DNA of 64,000 nucleotides from Bugula neritina (taxonomy: Eukaryota > Animalia > Bryozoa): assembly GCA_964035545.1 (NCBI GenBank), contig OZ037769.1, positions 10,074,633 through 10,138,632 on the forward strand. Reading direction: 5' to 3'. Positions 49,201-61,400 of the stretch are shown here, one piece after another (within the stretch, counting starts at the first letter, position 1; each line of letters opens with the position of its first letter). A program made the translations under genes and the position numbers. The notes under the pieces were generated by a model that did not search any database, was not told the origin of the DNA, and saw only the letters and a program-made list of their open reading frames with translations.

Positions 49201-51076
49201 TTGATAATGTTGGTGATGTTTGCTATCACAACTCCCTTCAAATACAAAGTTTATACGCTGGTTAAACAGAATACGTTCAGTGGGACCTGAAGTTTAGAGA
49301 AATCTTGATGTGCTACAGAGCAATTACACATCCAGTTATACCTTTTGTATAAGAAGGCAAATATAATAAGGTGAATATTATAAGGTAAATTTCTGGTTTA
49401 TGGCTAAATATAGTTACAGTGCAAAGGGTTGCAGTACTAGGGTTATTATAAAAGCTGTAACAGGTAATTTCACTGCAACTAAAATTTTTAAAGTAATTGC
49501 AATTACAAATTTCGATGCACAAATTATATAAGCAGTAAAGTAAACATAGTAAAAGTGTTTACAAATTTCTAACTGAAATTGTTACTACAATTTGTGCTTA
49601 ACTAGCAATGAAAGGATACTATAAAGATGCCTGCACTTACGGCCACATCAGACACAATTTCCCTGACAATGTGAGCATGTGCTGCGAGATGGTCGTAAGA
49701 CATTTCTATGATATTCTGTGAGCAGAGTCGGAGTAGTTTGCTGACACCGTGAGCACAATAAGGTAGAACAAGAGAGAACCAGATCTTAGAGTTGGCCTTC
49801 ATAATGCCTGGCTGAACTTTATAAAACCTACAAATAATAAAATTTGTCAAAATTATTTAATTTAATGCTTGGGCTAAACTATCCATTTTGATCGCAACTA
49901 TATTATCATGAGCAAAACATTTCACACACTTGGCAATAAGTTGCAAAGCTCCGGCTGCTACTGCATAACTGGGTCTGTTTGCTATGCTGCTTTTAATGTC
50001 AGAGACAGCGTGCTGACAGGCTTGTAATGTGGGCAGCACATGGGGTGTCATCTCATCTGAGCTGACCAAGATGTCTCGCTTGAGAGACCACAGCAACTGG
50101 CTGGCTTCCTGGCAATCGGTAGAGCTACTCAAAGAGGAAACCATTCCAGTGATGATGTCAGAACGATGTGACGCAGAAATGTTCAACCTGCAGGAAAGTA
50201 AACACTTCGGTTGGTCAAAACATATTCGCAGCAGTGAGTCTATTTGAATCATAACTAATAACTTTAGGTTGGTTGAACATAAATTAATACAATGGTACGT
50301 ATATTAAATTTTAAGTAAACTTTAGTTTTTTATTCTAATTCTATAAGTCAAGGGTTTGAGGCAGTAATGCAATATCCCCCGCCAAATATATTACAAGTAA
50401 AATATTTTAGATATAACCTTATGGGTAAGTTTATCACATTTAACCAGTAGGCATAGTATAGCTTTTTAATTCATTGATTTAATTAAATGCAGTCAAAGAA
50501 TTTAAATAGCGGTTGAGTAATGGGCAACAGCAAAAGTACAGGTACTGATAACTCCCAAAGAAATCGCTGCATATGGAACTGACAACAGGTTAAATATGCA
50601 TCATCATTAGGTTCAAATGCCTCTAATCAGTTGTATGATTAATCAAAAAGTTTCTGGATGAGTACTAAGTCAAATGAATTATCAAAAAGTAAAACTACTA
50701 GCATGATATCTGCTTCACATAAAACTGGAAAACAAAAACAAAATAATAAGCATTCACTTGTTATTCCCAGTTTCTTCAAAAAGTCTACCCAGGAGGTAAC
50801 AGCTTCCATGACGAACATCCAAGCGGTCAGATGTGAGATCAGCTATTATGGCCGAGAGTTCAGCAGAGTCAGAATTTAGCTTGCTTATCAACTGGGCAGA
50901 TTGGGCAACATATTCTTGTGAGTCCAGATCTAAGCTGAAAATGACACCGAGAGTAAAAATTAAACAAAATATCAAAATATTAATCACATAACTTCATGAC
51001 ATCATACAAAGTCAAAATGCTAGAAGTTATTCACTAACCTTTGGAAAACTTTGTATACTTTGATTTGGTTTTTCAT
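34250..51076 (-). CDS. RIF1: Replication-timing regulator / telomere-associated protein RIF1
   Basis: About 28 exons: 51076-51039, 50934-50758, 50187-49930, 49827-49641, 49235-48998, 48522-48368, 47056-46993, 46854-46717, 46379-46257, 45973-45807, several between 45372 and 40683, a large exon 40442-38553, 38287-38211, 37982-37877, 35717-35562, 35404-35283, 34854-34678, 34497-34250. N-terminal helical HEAT-like region (FWGLL, AAFEAWKLLI, LLKPL, CWWLLI); long disordered S/T-rich middle; PP1-docking GSILK and KVKF; C-terminal VWHGNLKQCLASQGITTVGEMAKLTESEVNLLPIKQPKLSTTLKAF resembling the RIF1 CII domain. The start exon and some internal junctions are tentative. Confidence 0.88.
35030..35265. repeat. 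66-bp minisatellite (~3.5 copies)
   Basis: Unit ACTTACTATATTGATGGAGTTATATATACATAAGTTACTATATTGGTAGTTATATATACATACATA. Confidence 0.9.
35828..37867. repeat. 20-bp minisatellite (TGTACTAAGTAYTGCCAATG)n, ~100 copies
   Basis: Highly homogeneous array filling the RIF1 intron between the SILK and KVKF exons. Confidence 0.98.
42101..42475. repeat. 16-bp minisatellite (GAGAGGTAAGTATAAT)n, ~23 copies
   Basis: Directly visible; fills most of the RIF1 intron 42090-42516. Confidence 0.95.
42718..43070. repeat. 28-bp minisatellite (GCACTGTGTCAGACATGTCATATATAGA)n, ~12 copies
   Basis: Directly visible; fills a RIF1 intron. Confidence 0.95.
43826..44032. repeat. 39-bp minisatellite, ~5 copies
   Basis: Unit TACCCTGTATTCTTGCGTAGTACTGTAATACTCAGAATA. 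Confidence 0.9.
47378..48275. repeat. 14-bp minisatellite (TACTCAACAGTATM)n, ~60 copies
   Basis: Directly visible; produces the spurious 312-aa ORF 47349-48287. Confidence 0.97.
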
Positions 51077-52129
51077 ATTGAATCTAAATTAGTAGTTTGA
51101 AAGATTCCAATACCAATAGAAACACTTGGTGTGAAGGGAATGCAAACAATCCAAGTACAGCTACTTTCTTCCATTAAATGGAACCAGTCACAACTAAATG
51201 AAATAAATAATAGCAGTAATTGTAATGATATTAGAGGGTTAACATATAACCTTATAGTTTTCATTTTTAATCTCAAGTATAAATTAGCAACACTTATGCT
51301 ATACCACACTATTGCTTAGTATAGGATGGAACATATTATTACTAATAGTAATCACGGTTGTGACAAACTTTACTTTACACTGCTGCCTGTTGCTAAAAAA
51401 ATTTCAATGCTTGTAAAATGATAGCTTCAGTCATAGCTGTGGTGAGTCTTACACCAATGATCAATATCATAATGAAATGATATTAATAATAATAGTATGA
51501 TTCTAAGTCTAAGTATTAGTTATTATTATTAATATTACTATTTGTATAACTATAAGTAATAAAATAAGACTAAGCATAAGTATTACTATTAAACTTACAG
51601 TAATAAACTACTAATATTAGTTATTTAATTTTAGTATATTACTATACATTAAACTTAACATAAAATCAAACATTGATGTTCAAATGAAAGTTGATCATAT
51701 TAATATGATGTTCTTATTATTGTTATTAAAATTATTATCTATGAATTAATATCTATATTCACTTACAGTTACATTGATATACATATAGTTGTAGTAATAT
51801 TAATATTATTCCTATTGGCTATGACTATAAGTATGACTATCAGTATGATCATGAGTATGAGTATCACTATCAGTGTATGACTATGTCTATGGCTATGCCT
51901 ATGATATTGTATTGAGTTTTGCAGTAGTCAATAAGAATATGCCATATGGATATAACTTTAAGTATGAGTATCAGAATCACGTATTAGTACTCCTACTCCT
52001 AGTTACTAGTATAGTACTAATAATAGTATTACTATTACTATAGTCTATAAGTATAACTATTAGTCGTAGAATAAGTATTATATCATTTATATGAATAATA
52101 TCTACTTTCAGTTTTACTTTATTAGACAA

Positions 52130-52625
52130 TTATTATTAGTATACTAATAGTAATATACATAGTAATACTAATAGTAATAGTAATACTAATAGTAATAGTA
52201 ATAGCAACACAGTAGTGAATACTTATAGTATCATAGTAATACTAATAGTAATACTAAAATTAATACTAATAGTAGTAGTACTGTAGTAGTATTAATAGTA
52301 ATAGTAATACTAATAGTAATACTAATATTAATATAATACTTAGTTAAAAGTTAGTAGTAATACTAATACTAATAGTATTACTAATAGTAATACTTAGAGT
52401 GTTATACTCATAGTTATACTAATACTAATTAACTAATTAGTTAGATTAAAACTTAAAACTTGTATTACATTTAGTTTTACTAAGAATAAGTAATACTAAT
52501 AGTAATACTAATAGTAATACTAATACTTATAGTTATACTTATACTAATACTAATAGTAATACTAATACTAATAGTAATACTAATAGTAATACTAATACTA
52601 ATAGTAATACTTATAGTTATATTAG
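52130..52625. repeat. (AATAGT/AATACT)n hexamer microsatellite upstream of RIF1
   Basis: Near-perfect at 52490-52610 and decaying outward. Confidence 0.9.
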
Positions 52626-55020
52626 CAATACTATTACATAAAATACATATATGATATAAGTATAACATAATCATTATGATAATTTTATTTTGTATTGCAA
52701 GTTCAACATGTTACTACAAGTTACAAAAATTGTTCACTGTAATACTAACAGTAACTGTAACTATTCCACTACTTAAACTTAAAAAAAACCTTCTGCAATT
52801 GCACTTGCTTAGCATGGTCCAAGCGCGGGTAAAGAGTCAAAATTGTGGCAATACTATCAATACTTTCAACCTTAAAACCACTTGAGAGGTCAATTTATAT
52901 AAGGAGCGTTGTAAATGAGACAGCAAATGTTGCAGTTTACGAAATCGAAATGCTTTTAGTGATTGTCTCCCCCTGCGTTCAGATATAGGAAAGGATAACT
53001 CTATATATTCGTCGTATAGGAAACTAGCATTAATGCTTGTACAAACTTATATAACCTATAAATTGAAATGCCTTGAATTAACTACCTCACACAATCAGTG
53101 TATAGCAGTTGAAACAAAAGTCAAAATCTTTTTGCTTAATTCACGCAAGCTTACGCCTGAGTTGAGCAACAAGATAAATAATAACTTAAAATAAAAGAGA
53201 AAATTTCCTTGCTGAAGGCACACTGGAATGCTATAAACAAGCCATGTCTTTCAATTGTGGCCCAATGCCCTTGCTTCTAACTGGCCTAAAGAAATGATGA
53301 TAAAGCTACCAATGTATGTATATAATACTGATGATATGCTGTAATATATTTTGTGCTGCTTTTCATCTACATGCAATAACATTCGTGTGCATTTTTGTAT
53401 CATATATCATTTTAACTGATATAGAAAATAATTTTTATTATAGCCTATAGGTAAGCTAGATCGAGCAGTTATAATGCACTTTAGTTTGAATATTGGAGTA
53501 TACAAAACTCATTTTGAAGTGCGTGTATTTAAAAACTTAAAAAGCATACACAGTGTTTGTAGCAAAATGTTCAAAAATATAACACACGGCAATAAACTAA
53601 TTGAACAATTCTAAAAAGATCCTACTCTTACAAGCAACGGAATGACCATATTTTAGTCTCTATTGTGAAATGCTTGTATATATGTGGATATTATACAAAC
53701 TCTAAGAGTACTGGTGAGATAAGTTATAAGACGTTATATATACATGAATTGAAAAATTATCGCAACATTTAGTATAACTTTTAATTTCATGTCCTTTTAG
53801 AATGGTAAATTATTGAATGCAAACTTTTGATGGAATAAAACTGTAAAATTGATATAGACAAAAAAACTATTGTAAGACAATAAATTTCTTCATAAACTCA
53901 GTTTATTAAAATCTTTAAAATACAACTATATGATTCTTTAAAGCTTTTACAACACATTAACAGAGTTCTAAGAGAGTTGTGATCTCTTCGACAGCAATTT
54001 AATCCCAAGACTAACTAAAGACTCATTAAATGAGAGCTGAATCTACCTCGTAGAAAACATATATTATCGGAATAGTTGAATACATACTTTTTGTGTACTG
54101 ACTTGAAACTATTTACTTCACAGCATGCCTGTCACGCAAACTTTTACCAACCTCAGGGGGTGAAATTTTAGAAGTCTGAGACTTTAGGTACATGCTATGA
54201 CTTGTGTATGATACAAGTTAAACCAAAGCTACAAATATACAACTACACTATTCAGTTTGTAAGCAATATGCGTCAACTTGAAATAACTGATGTGCTCTGA
54301 ACTAAAAATATTAATTATTGAGTTTACATAACATTTTATTATTAAAATAACATACAGTATATACTATGTACTATATAAAATATACCGCCTGTAAAAATAT
54401 TAAAAAATATAATGTAGTTTCGCACATACACCAAAAAACTGCATAAAACAAAATTACAGTTGAAGTCTCAGTAAAACACAAAGCATGAAGAATATCGTGT
54501 GTTTGAATTAAAAACATAAACTATTTAAAATGAGCATAAAATAGACAAGAAAATAGAACATGAATGTACCCGAACCTAGAGGATTATTTTTATCATTTAT
54601 ATAGTTAAAACACATGTATGTCATTGTAACAGATATAAACTACATTAAATCATACATATACATATGCAGTAAAATGTATGTAGTTATTATGAAAGTAACA
54701 CGTTGAATAATATTTCAGAAAGTATGAACTGCCAGCAACAGAAATGCACACCTGAGACACCATCAAGAGCAGACATGGTGCTGTAGCAGCAGTCAAATCA
54801 TCAGATATCAAAAATATTATTATAACTCACATTTGGCATAACCACTTAACCAAGTAGAGTTTCACAGGGCTTTACTAACAGCATTCACATAAAATTCAAA
54901 TGTCATTGTATATAGAGAGCAAGCAGTGCACAAATCAATACTATTATGCTGTCAATAAACATGCAAGGTCAGAATTATTTAAAACTTGCTATTTGGAAAA
55001 AGGTGGATATTGGTCAGCCT

Positions 55021-55434
55021 AGTATGGTGGTAATTCAAGCAGTGTGGTGGTAGTTCAAACAGTATGGTGGTAGTTCAAACAGTGTGGTGGTAGTTCAAGT
55101 AGTATGGTGGTAGTTCAAACAGTATGGTGGTAGTTCAAGTAGTATGGTGGTAGTTCAAGCAGTATGGTGGTAGTTCAAGCAGTATGGTGGTAGTTCAAGC
55201 AGTATGGTGGTAGTTCAAACAGTATGGTGGTAGTTTAAGCAGTATGGTGGTAGTTTAAGCAGTGTGGTGATAGTTTAAGCAGTATGATGGTAGTTCAAAC
55301 AGTATGGTGGTAGTTTAAGCAGTATGGTGGTAGTTCAAACAGTATGGTGGTAGTTCAAGTAGTGTGGTGGTAGTTCAAGCAGTATGGTGGTAGTTCAAGC
55401 AGTATGGTGGTAGTTCAAGCAGTATGATGGTAGC
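55021..55434. repeat. 20-bp minisatellite (AGTATGGTGGTAGTTCAAGC)n, ~20 copies, in the CNC gene 3'UTR
   Basis: Directly visible; the first unit on the minus strand overlaps the stop codon. Confidence 0.95.
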
Positions 55435-58400
55435 TAGCCACTGAGAAAGAGTTGACTTTGTTAGGAATGATATGGGCATCACCGTCATCAGAAATATGAA
55501 GTGTATAGTATCGAGGGTCATAGGGACGGCCCAGGTTATCTCTGACGGAGTTAAACACCTCAATATAAGTTTGATCCAGCTGTTTTCTTAAATGCAGTTT
55601 GCTTCTTTTCAGCTCATCCTAAAAACAGCAATTGATGAGAACTGTTATATGTTACAACTAGAACATACACCATACAACATAATTCTACAACTTCATTCCA
55701 TAACTACAATACACCAAGACATTGTGTGCGTATGTACTAGATGTAGAAACTACCTTATCACGGATCAGCTCTCCTCTCTTTCTCTTCAGATCATTAATCT
55801 CAGCCTCCAGCCCAGTCAGTTCATTCATTTTCTTCTTCCTACAATTCTGAGCAGCAACCTGTAATATTCACAACACAGGGTGTCAGCAGATTGTAATATT
55901 CACAACACACGGTGTCAGCAGATTGTAATATTCACAACACACGGTGTTAGCAGACTGTAATATTCACAACACAGGGTGTCAGCAACCTGTAATATTCACA
56001 ACACAAGGTATCAGCAACCTGTAATATTCACAACACAAGGTATCAGCAACCTGTAGTATTTACAACACAGGGTGTCAGCAGACTGTAATATTCACAACAC
56101 AAGGTATCAGCAACCTGTAATATTCACAACACAAGGTATCAGCAGATTGTAATATTCACAACACACGGTGTTAGCAGACTGTAATATTCACAACACAGGG
56201 TGTCAGCAACCTGTAATATTCACAACACAAGGTATCAGCAACCTGTAATATTCACAACACAAGGTATCAGCAACCTGTAATATTTACAACACAGGGTGTC
56301 AGCAGACTGTAATATTCACAACACAAGGTATCAGCAACCTGTAATATTTACAACACAGGGTGTCAGCAGACTGTAATATTCACAACACAAGGTATCAGCA
56401 ACCTGTAATATTCACAACACAAGGTATCAGCAACCTGTAATATTTACAACACAGGGTGTCAGCAGATTGTAATATTCACAACACAGGGTGTCAGCAGACT
56501 GTAATATTCACAACAGAGGGTGTCAGCAGGCTGTAATATTCACATGGTGTCAGCAGACTGTAATATTCACAACACACGGTGTCAGCAGACTGTAATATTC
56601 AGAGCACAGGGTGTTAGCAAGCTGGAATATTGATTGAATGATTATAGATTAACACACAAACCTTATTCTTTCCTCTCCTCCTAATGTCCTTGACCAAGGT
56701 GAGCTGCTCTTCGTTGAGTCTGTGCTGCCGAAGCAGCGAGTTGAACTCTTCCACAGGGTAGTTGGTGATCATGCTGACAGTGAAAGGAATTTCCAGCTCT
56801 TTACATCTCAGCTCATCTCTGCAAATACTGCGCTTCTCTTTATTGGCCTCATTCTACAAGAGTGGAGTGACCTCTTTATTCAGTGATATTACAAATGGTC
56901 TTACTAATAGTGTTGGGAGTGAATGTGACAAAATCTGGGTGGATATATTAATCACTGCACCACGTGGAAGGCATTGCAACTATCAGTTAATTGTATTCTC
57001 ACATGACTAGTCACACTGTCAGATATAATTTGAGAAGGCATGACATATTTTCCTAGTGGCAAGTTACAACTGTGAATGCCCATAATTTCTCAAACTTGTA
57101 AGCAGAGATAACAAATACACATTTATAGCAGATATCCACTAGGCAAAAAAATCCTTTAAAAACTTAGCAAAATCTGCACTAAGAAATTAAATTAATAGCT
57201 TTCATCAATAAAACAAACTAAACCAGATATTATTGCAGGCTCCTCAGCATGCAACCCTCTAACCACCATCATTATTCTAAACGTTAAATCAAAATTAGGA
57301 TGTCTTGAAGATTCAAAAGCAAGTATATTATCATTAATTTTTTTATAACCCAGAATGCAATGCAACTGAGGCATTTGTTCTGATCAATCACAAAAGGCTG
57401 ACAATAGTCTACTAGGCTATACCAGCTAATGTGCTAAGATTGCAAAATGTTAACAAGCCGTGCAGTGTCTACATCACTGAACAAAGAGTATGTGAAATGA
57501 TAACTATGACGTCAATATGTCAATATGCTGGCTAACGGTGGTAATGTAATAATTCATAAGGATAGGATCAAGTAGGTGATCCCAACCACATGGCAGTGTT
57601 AGGAGGTTCCTGTGTGGCAGTATCACAGTCACTGTGTGGTAGTATCACAGTTACTGTATGGTAGTATCATAGTTACTGTGTAGTAGTATCATAGCTACTG
57701 TGTGGTAGTATCATAGCTACTGTGTGGCAGTATCACAGTTACTGTGTGGTAGTGTCATAGTTACTGTGTGGTAGTATCATAGCTACTGTGTGGCAGTATC
57801 ACAGTTACTGTGTGGTAGTGTCATAGTCACTGCATGGTAGTATCATAGTTACTGTGTAGTAGTGTCATAGTCACTGTGTGGTAGTGTCACCAACACATAG
57901 ATGCGGTGTTTATTTCTTATCATTGGTTTGCATAGATAGTAGGAAAAATTTGATTTTGTTTTAAATCCATGTAAAAGAGACCTAGCATCGTATACTCCGA
58001 CTGAAGCTGGCAAGCATACCTGAGTGTTGAGCATGAAGCTGCTGCTATCTCCATTCTCTGAGTCAAAGTAGCTAGAAGAGCTGGCTGAAGCCATGTGGTT
58101 GCTACTTGACTCACTGGCCAGTATAAACTGGGGCTTTATGTCTTCATTGCATGGGGGAGAGGAGAAGACACAGCCACTATCATCAAACTAAATAACAATG
58201 TACAAGTGATGAACAGAGTCGACAGTGATACAGAGTTTACAATATACACAGTTCTTAGAGTAGCATAGGTTCTAAAGTTTACTTATATTTTACTCTTAAG
58301 CTGAAAGCTTCAGCATATCTAATTGAATCTAGCAGAGTGAGTGAATCTAGCAGAGTGAATGAGTCTACCAGAGTGAGTGAGTGAGTGAATCTAGCAGAGT

Positions 58401-61400
58401 GAGTGAGTGAATCTAGCAGAGTGAGTGAGTGAATCTACCAGAGTGAACGATTCCTTTAGCAAGAGAGAGTAGTTGACAAGAAAGAACTTATGGAAAGTTC
58501 CAATTAAAGATATTAAAGCTGCAACCACTATATGAAAATTCACCTTGTGCCAATTTCGTTCTAGGTGATGGGCCCCAATACTAAATGCACCATAAGCCTT
58601 TCAAGCAGAAAACATTCCTACTTGTGTTCACCAAAAGAAGCTGAACTAAAATACTGGTTCTGATACTGGTATCAAAACACAAAAACTGTGAAAGCTGTCA
58701 CAAAACTCACACTTATCACTATGAGAAAAACTCTAGTCATAAATTTCAAAGATATTACGAAATAAAAAAGTAGATTTTTTTAGTTATATTATGGTGAAAT
58801 TCCTAGTTTTTTACTATTTCAGAACCATGGCCCCTATACATTGTGCAGAAAGATTGCATAAGTTTACCCTCATATTTGGCCAACAATGACTTGCAAAAAA
58901 GAGTTGGATGAAGCCTGATGCATGTATTACTGTAGAAGGCAGCTTTGATTGGTTGTTGATATTTACTCTTGAATACTACTAGGAAATCAATTAATAACAA
59001 CTAAAAAAATCAAAGGTATGCTGCATTGCAGACTATCTACAAATTACACCATATTGGTTAATAGAGTAAGCTTATATAAGCAGGATAAGTTACACAACTT
59101 GTGCTAGAGGAAATAAAATGGGTTTCAGTGGGAGAAAACCAGATTGGACTATACTAAAGCAGGAGAGTGCTCTGCTATATGCTGAACTTCTCTATAAAGT
59201 ACAATATGGTAAATGGATATCAGTTAGCTTCTTGTGACATAACCAGTGACTTTGATGAGATCTGGCACATGCTCTGCAGCAGGGCTGTCCAACAGGCGGC
59301 CCCAACCTACATTTATGTGGCTCTCAAAGGCATAACAGATAAAATTATTTTGCACAGTATAATAATTAAACTTTTTAAAAGTGTTATTTTTATATATGCT
59401 AAAAACATGCAGCCTGCAGTAATTAGTGGGGCATCATTGTGCAATGATTCGGAATAAAGTTATTTGAAAATTACTGATGCTATGGCCCTCAGCTCAAGCT
59501 AAATTCCACAATTTGGCCCTAGCCATTAAATATGCCATTTTAGTAAACCTCGCTCCACAAAGGTTGGACACCCCTGTGCTGGAGTTACCAGGCCGTTAGC
59601 TGGTTCATAAGTGAAGGGAATAAACACCATCAAATGAATATTGGCCCAACAGACTGTGAATGCACTTACTATGGTATCCAGAAATGAGTCTTGGAGAGAC
59701 ACTCCAGAATCACTATTAGCAGCACTGAAGAGGGGAGAGGCTGATGCATGGTACATGTTGTCATTAGTGTCAGCTTCATAACTCTGGAATTGAGGGGCTG
59801 TGTCTACTATAGGACCGGCAGCATGTCCATAAAACCCTGTCAGTAAAACATACAGAATAAATGTGATATCTCAGCTCATGGTCTCTTCTACATGTAAAGG
59901 CTGATAGCTCATCCACATAAAATGAAAATATATTCATTGTTGAGGAAGCACATGTGATTTATGTAGCCAGGAGGATGTGCTGTGAGGCGAGGATTAAATG
60001 AGGTCTATAAGTACAACAGGTTTGGTACTGATTGTAATAGAAGATGAGAAGTCAAATTTCACTCAAGAAAAATTCCATCCTCAATTGAAAATAAAAATAG
60101 GGACAGTGTAAATATGGCCTGCTCTACCGAAAAGTTACAGAGTTAGGGGGGAAATGGCAAAGGTAGGTGTTGGTGAAGGGGAAGAGGTAGTTCTAACAAG
60201 GTATGTGTCATTTGATCAGATTAGCACTGGGGAGGAGATTGGCAATGAGCCTACTGCTATCAGGAATCAACAAGGAACTAGGCTATGTCACATTTGTATA
60301 CAGCAAAACGGTACAGATCAAGTAGAAGATAATAGTTTAATGCTAAGCCTTAAGGTATAAAAACAAACTACTAGAGTTTAGTAGCAGTATGCAGCACTTG
60401 ATATTACATGATATATGCCTATAGCTACAAGTGATAAGAGTCTAGCCAGCTGGGTACCATGAAGAAGTACAAACAGAGGTAGACATGCAGATAACTGGTG
60501 TATGGGGATTCATTACTCCACAGGACACTGAAGACTCAAGCCAAGAGAAAATATACACCAACAAATAGAATTTCAGCCAACCATATTTGTGCAGCAGAAA
60601 AATGATGCAAACTATTGCTCAGATTGGGTGGCTTAATTTGAGTTTGGAGCACCACTGCTTCCTTAGTACACTGGTATTTATTGGTGACTACCACTGCTTC
60701 ACTAGTACACTGCTGTTTATTGGTGACTACTACTGCTTCACTAGTACACTGCTGTTTATAGGTGACTACCACTGCTTCACTAGTACACTGCTGTTTATTG
60801 GTGACTACCACTGCTTCACTAGTACACTGCTGTTTATAGGTGACTACCACTGCTTCACTAGCACACTGCTGTTTATTGGTGACTACCACTGCTTCACTAG
60901 TACACTGCTGTTTATAGGTGACTACCACTGCTTCACTAGTACACTGCTGTTTATTGGTGACTACTACTGCTTCACTAGTACACTGCTGTTAGTGGTGACT
61001 ACCACTGCTTCACTAGCACACTGCTGTTTATTGGTGACTACCACTGCTTCACTAGTACACTGCTGTTTATTGGTGACTACCACTGCTTCACTAGTACACT
61101 GCTGTTTATAGGTGACTACCACTGCTTCACTAGTACACTGCTGTTTATAGGTGACGCAGGTCTAATGGCAAGTGAGCAACAGTAATGTAATTTAATAATA
61201 TCTGAGTCATCAGACTTATTAAAACTGGTAGGCAGGTCAACAACTGTGAATCTAATAGCAAAGCACATTTCTTTACAAGACTTGCTGTACAAGCCATGCA
61301 CTAAGTGTCACACAAAACACTCCATTATCTTCACTGAATACACAAACTTTTGCCAGAAAGAAAATGTTCCAGTTAACGTCAGAGCTGGTCATAGCCATTG

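Noticed and set aside
60536-61111. Repetitive ORFs on both strands
   Set aside because: Artefact of a 39-bp repeat unit inside a CNC gene intron.
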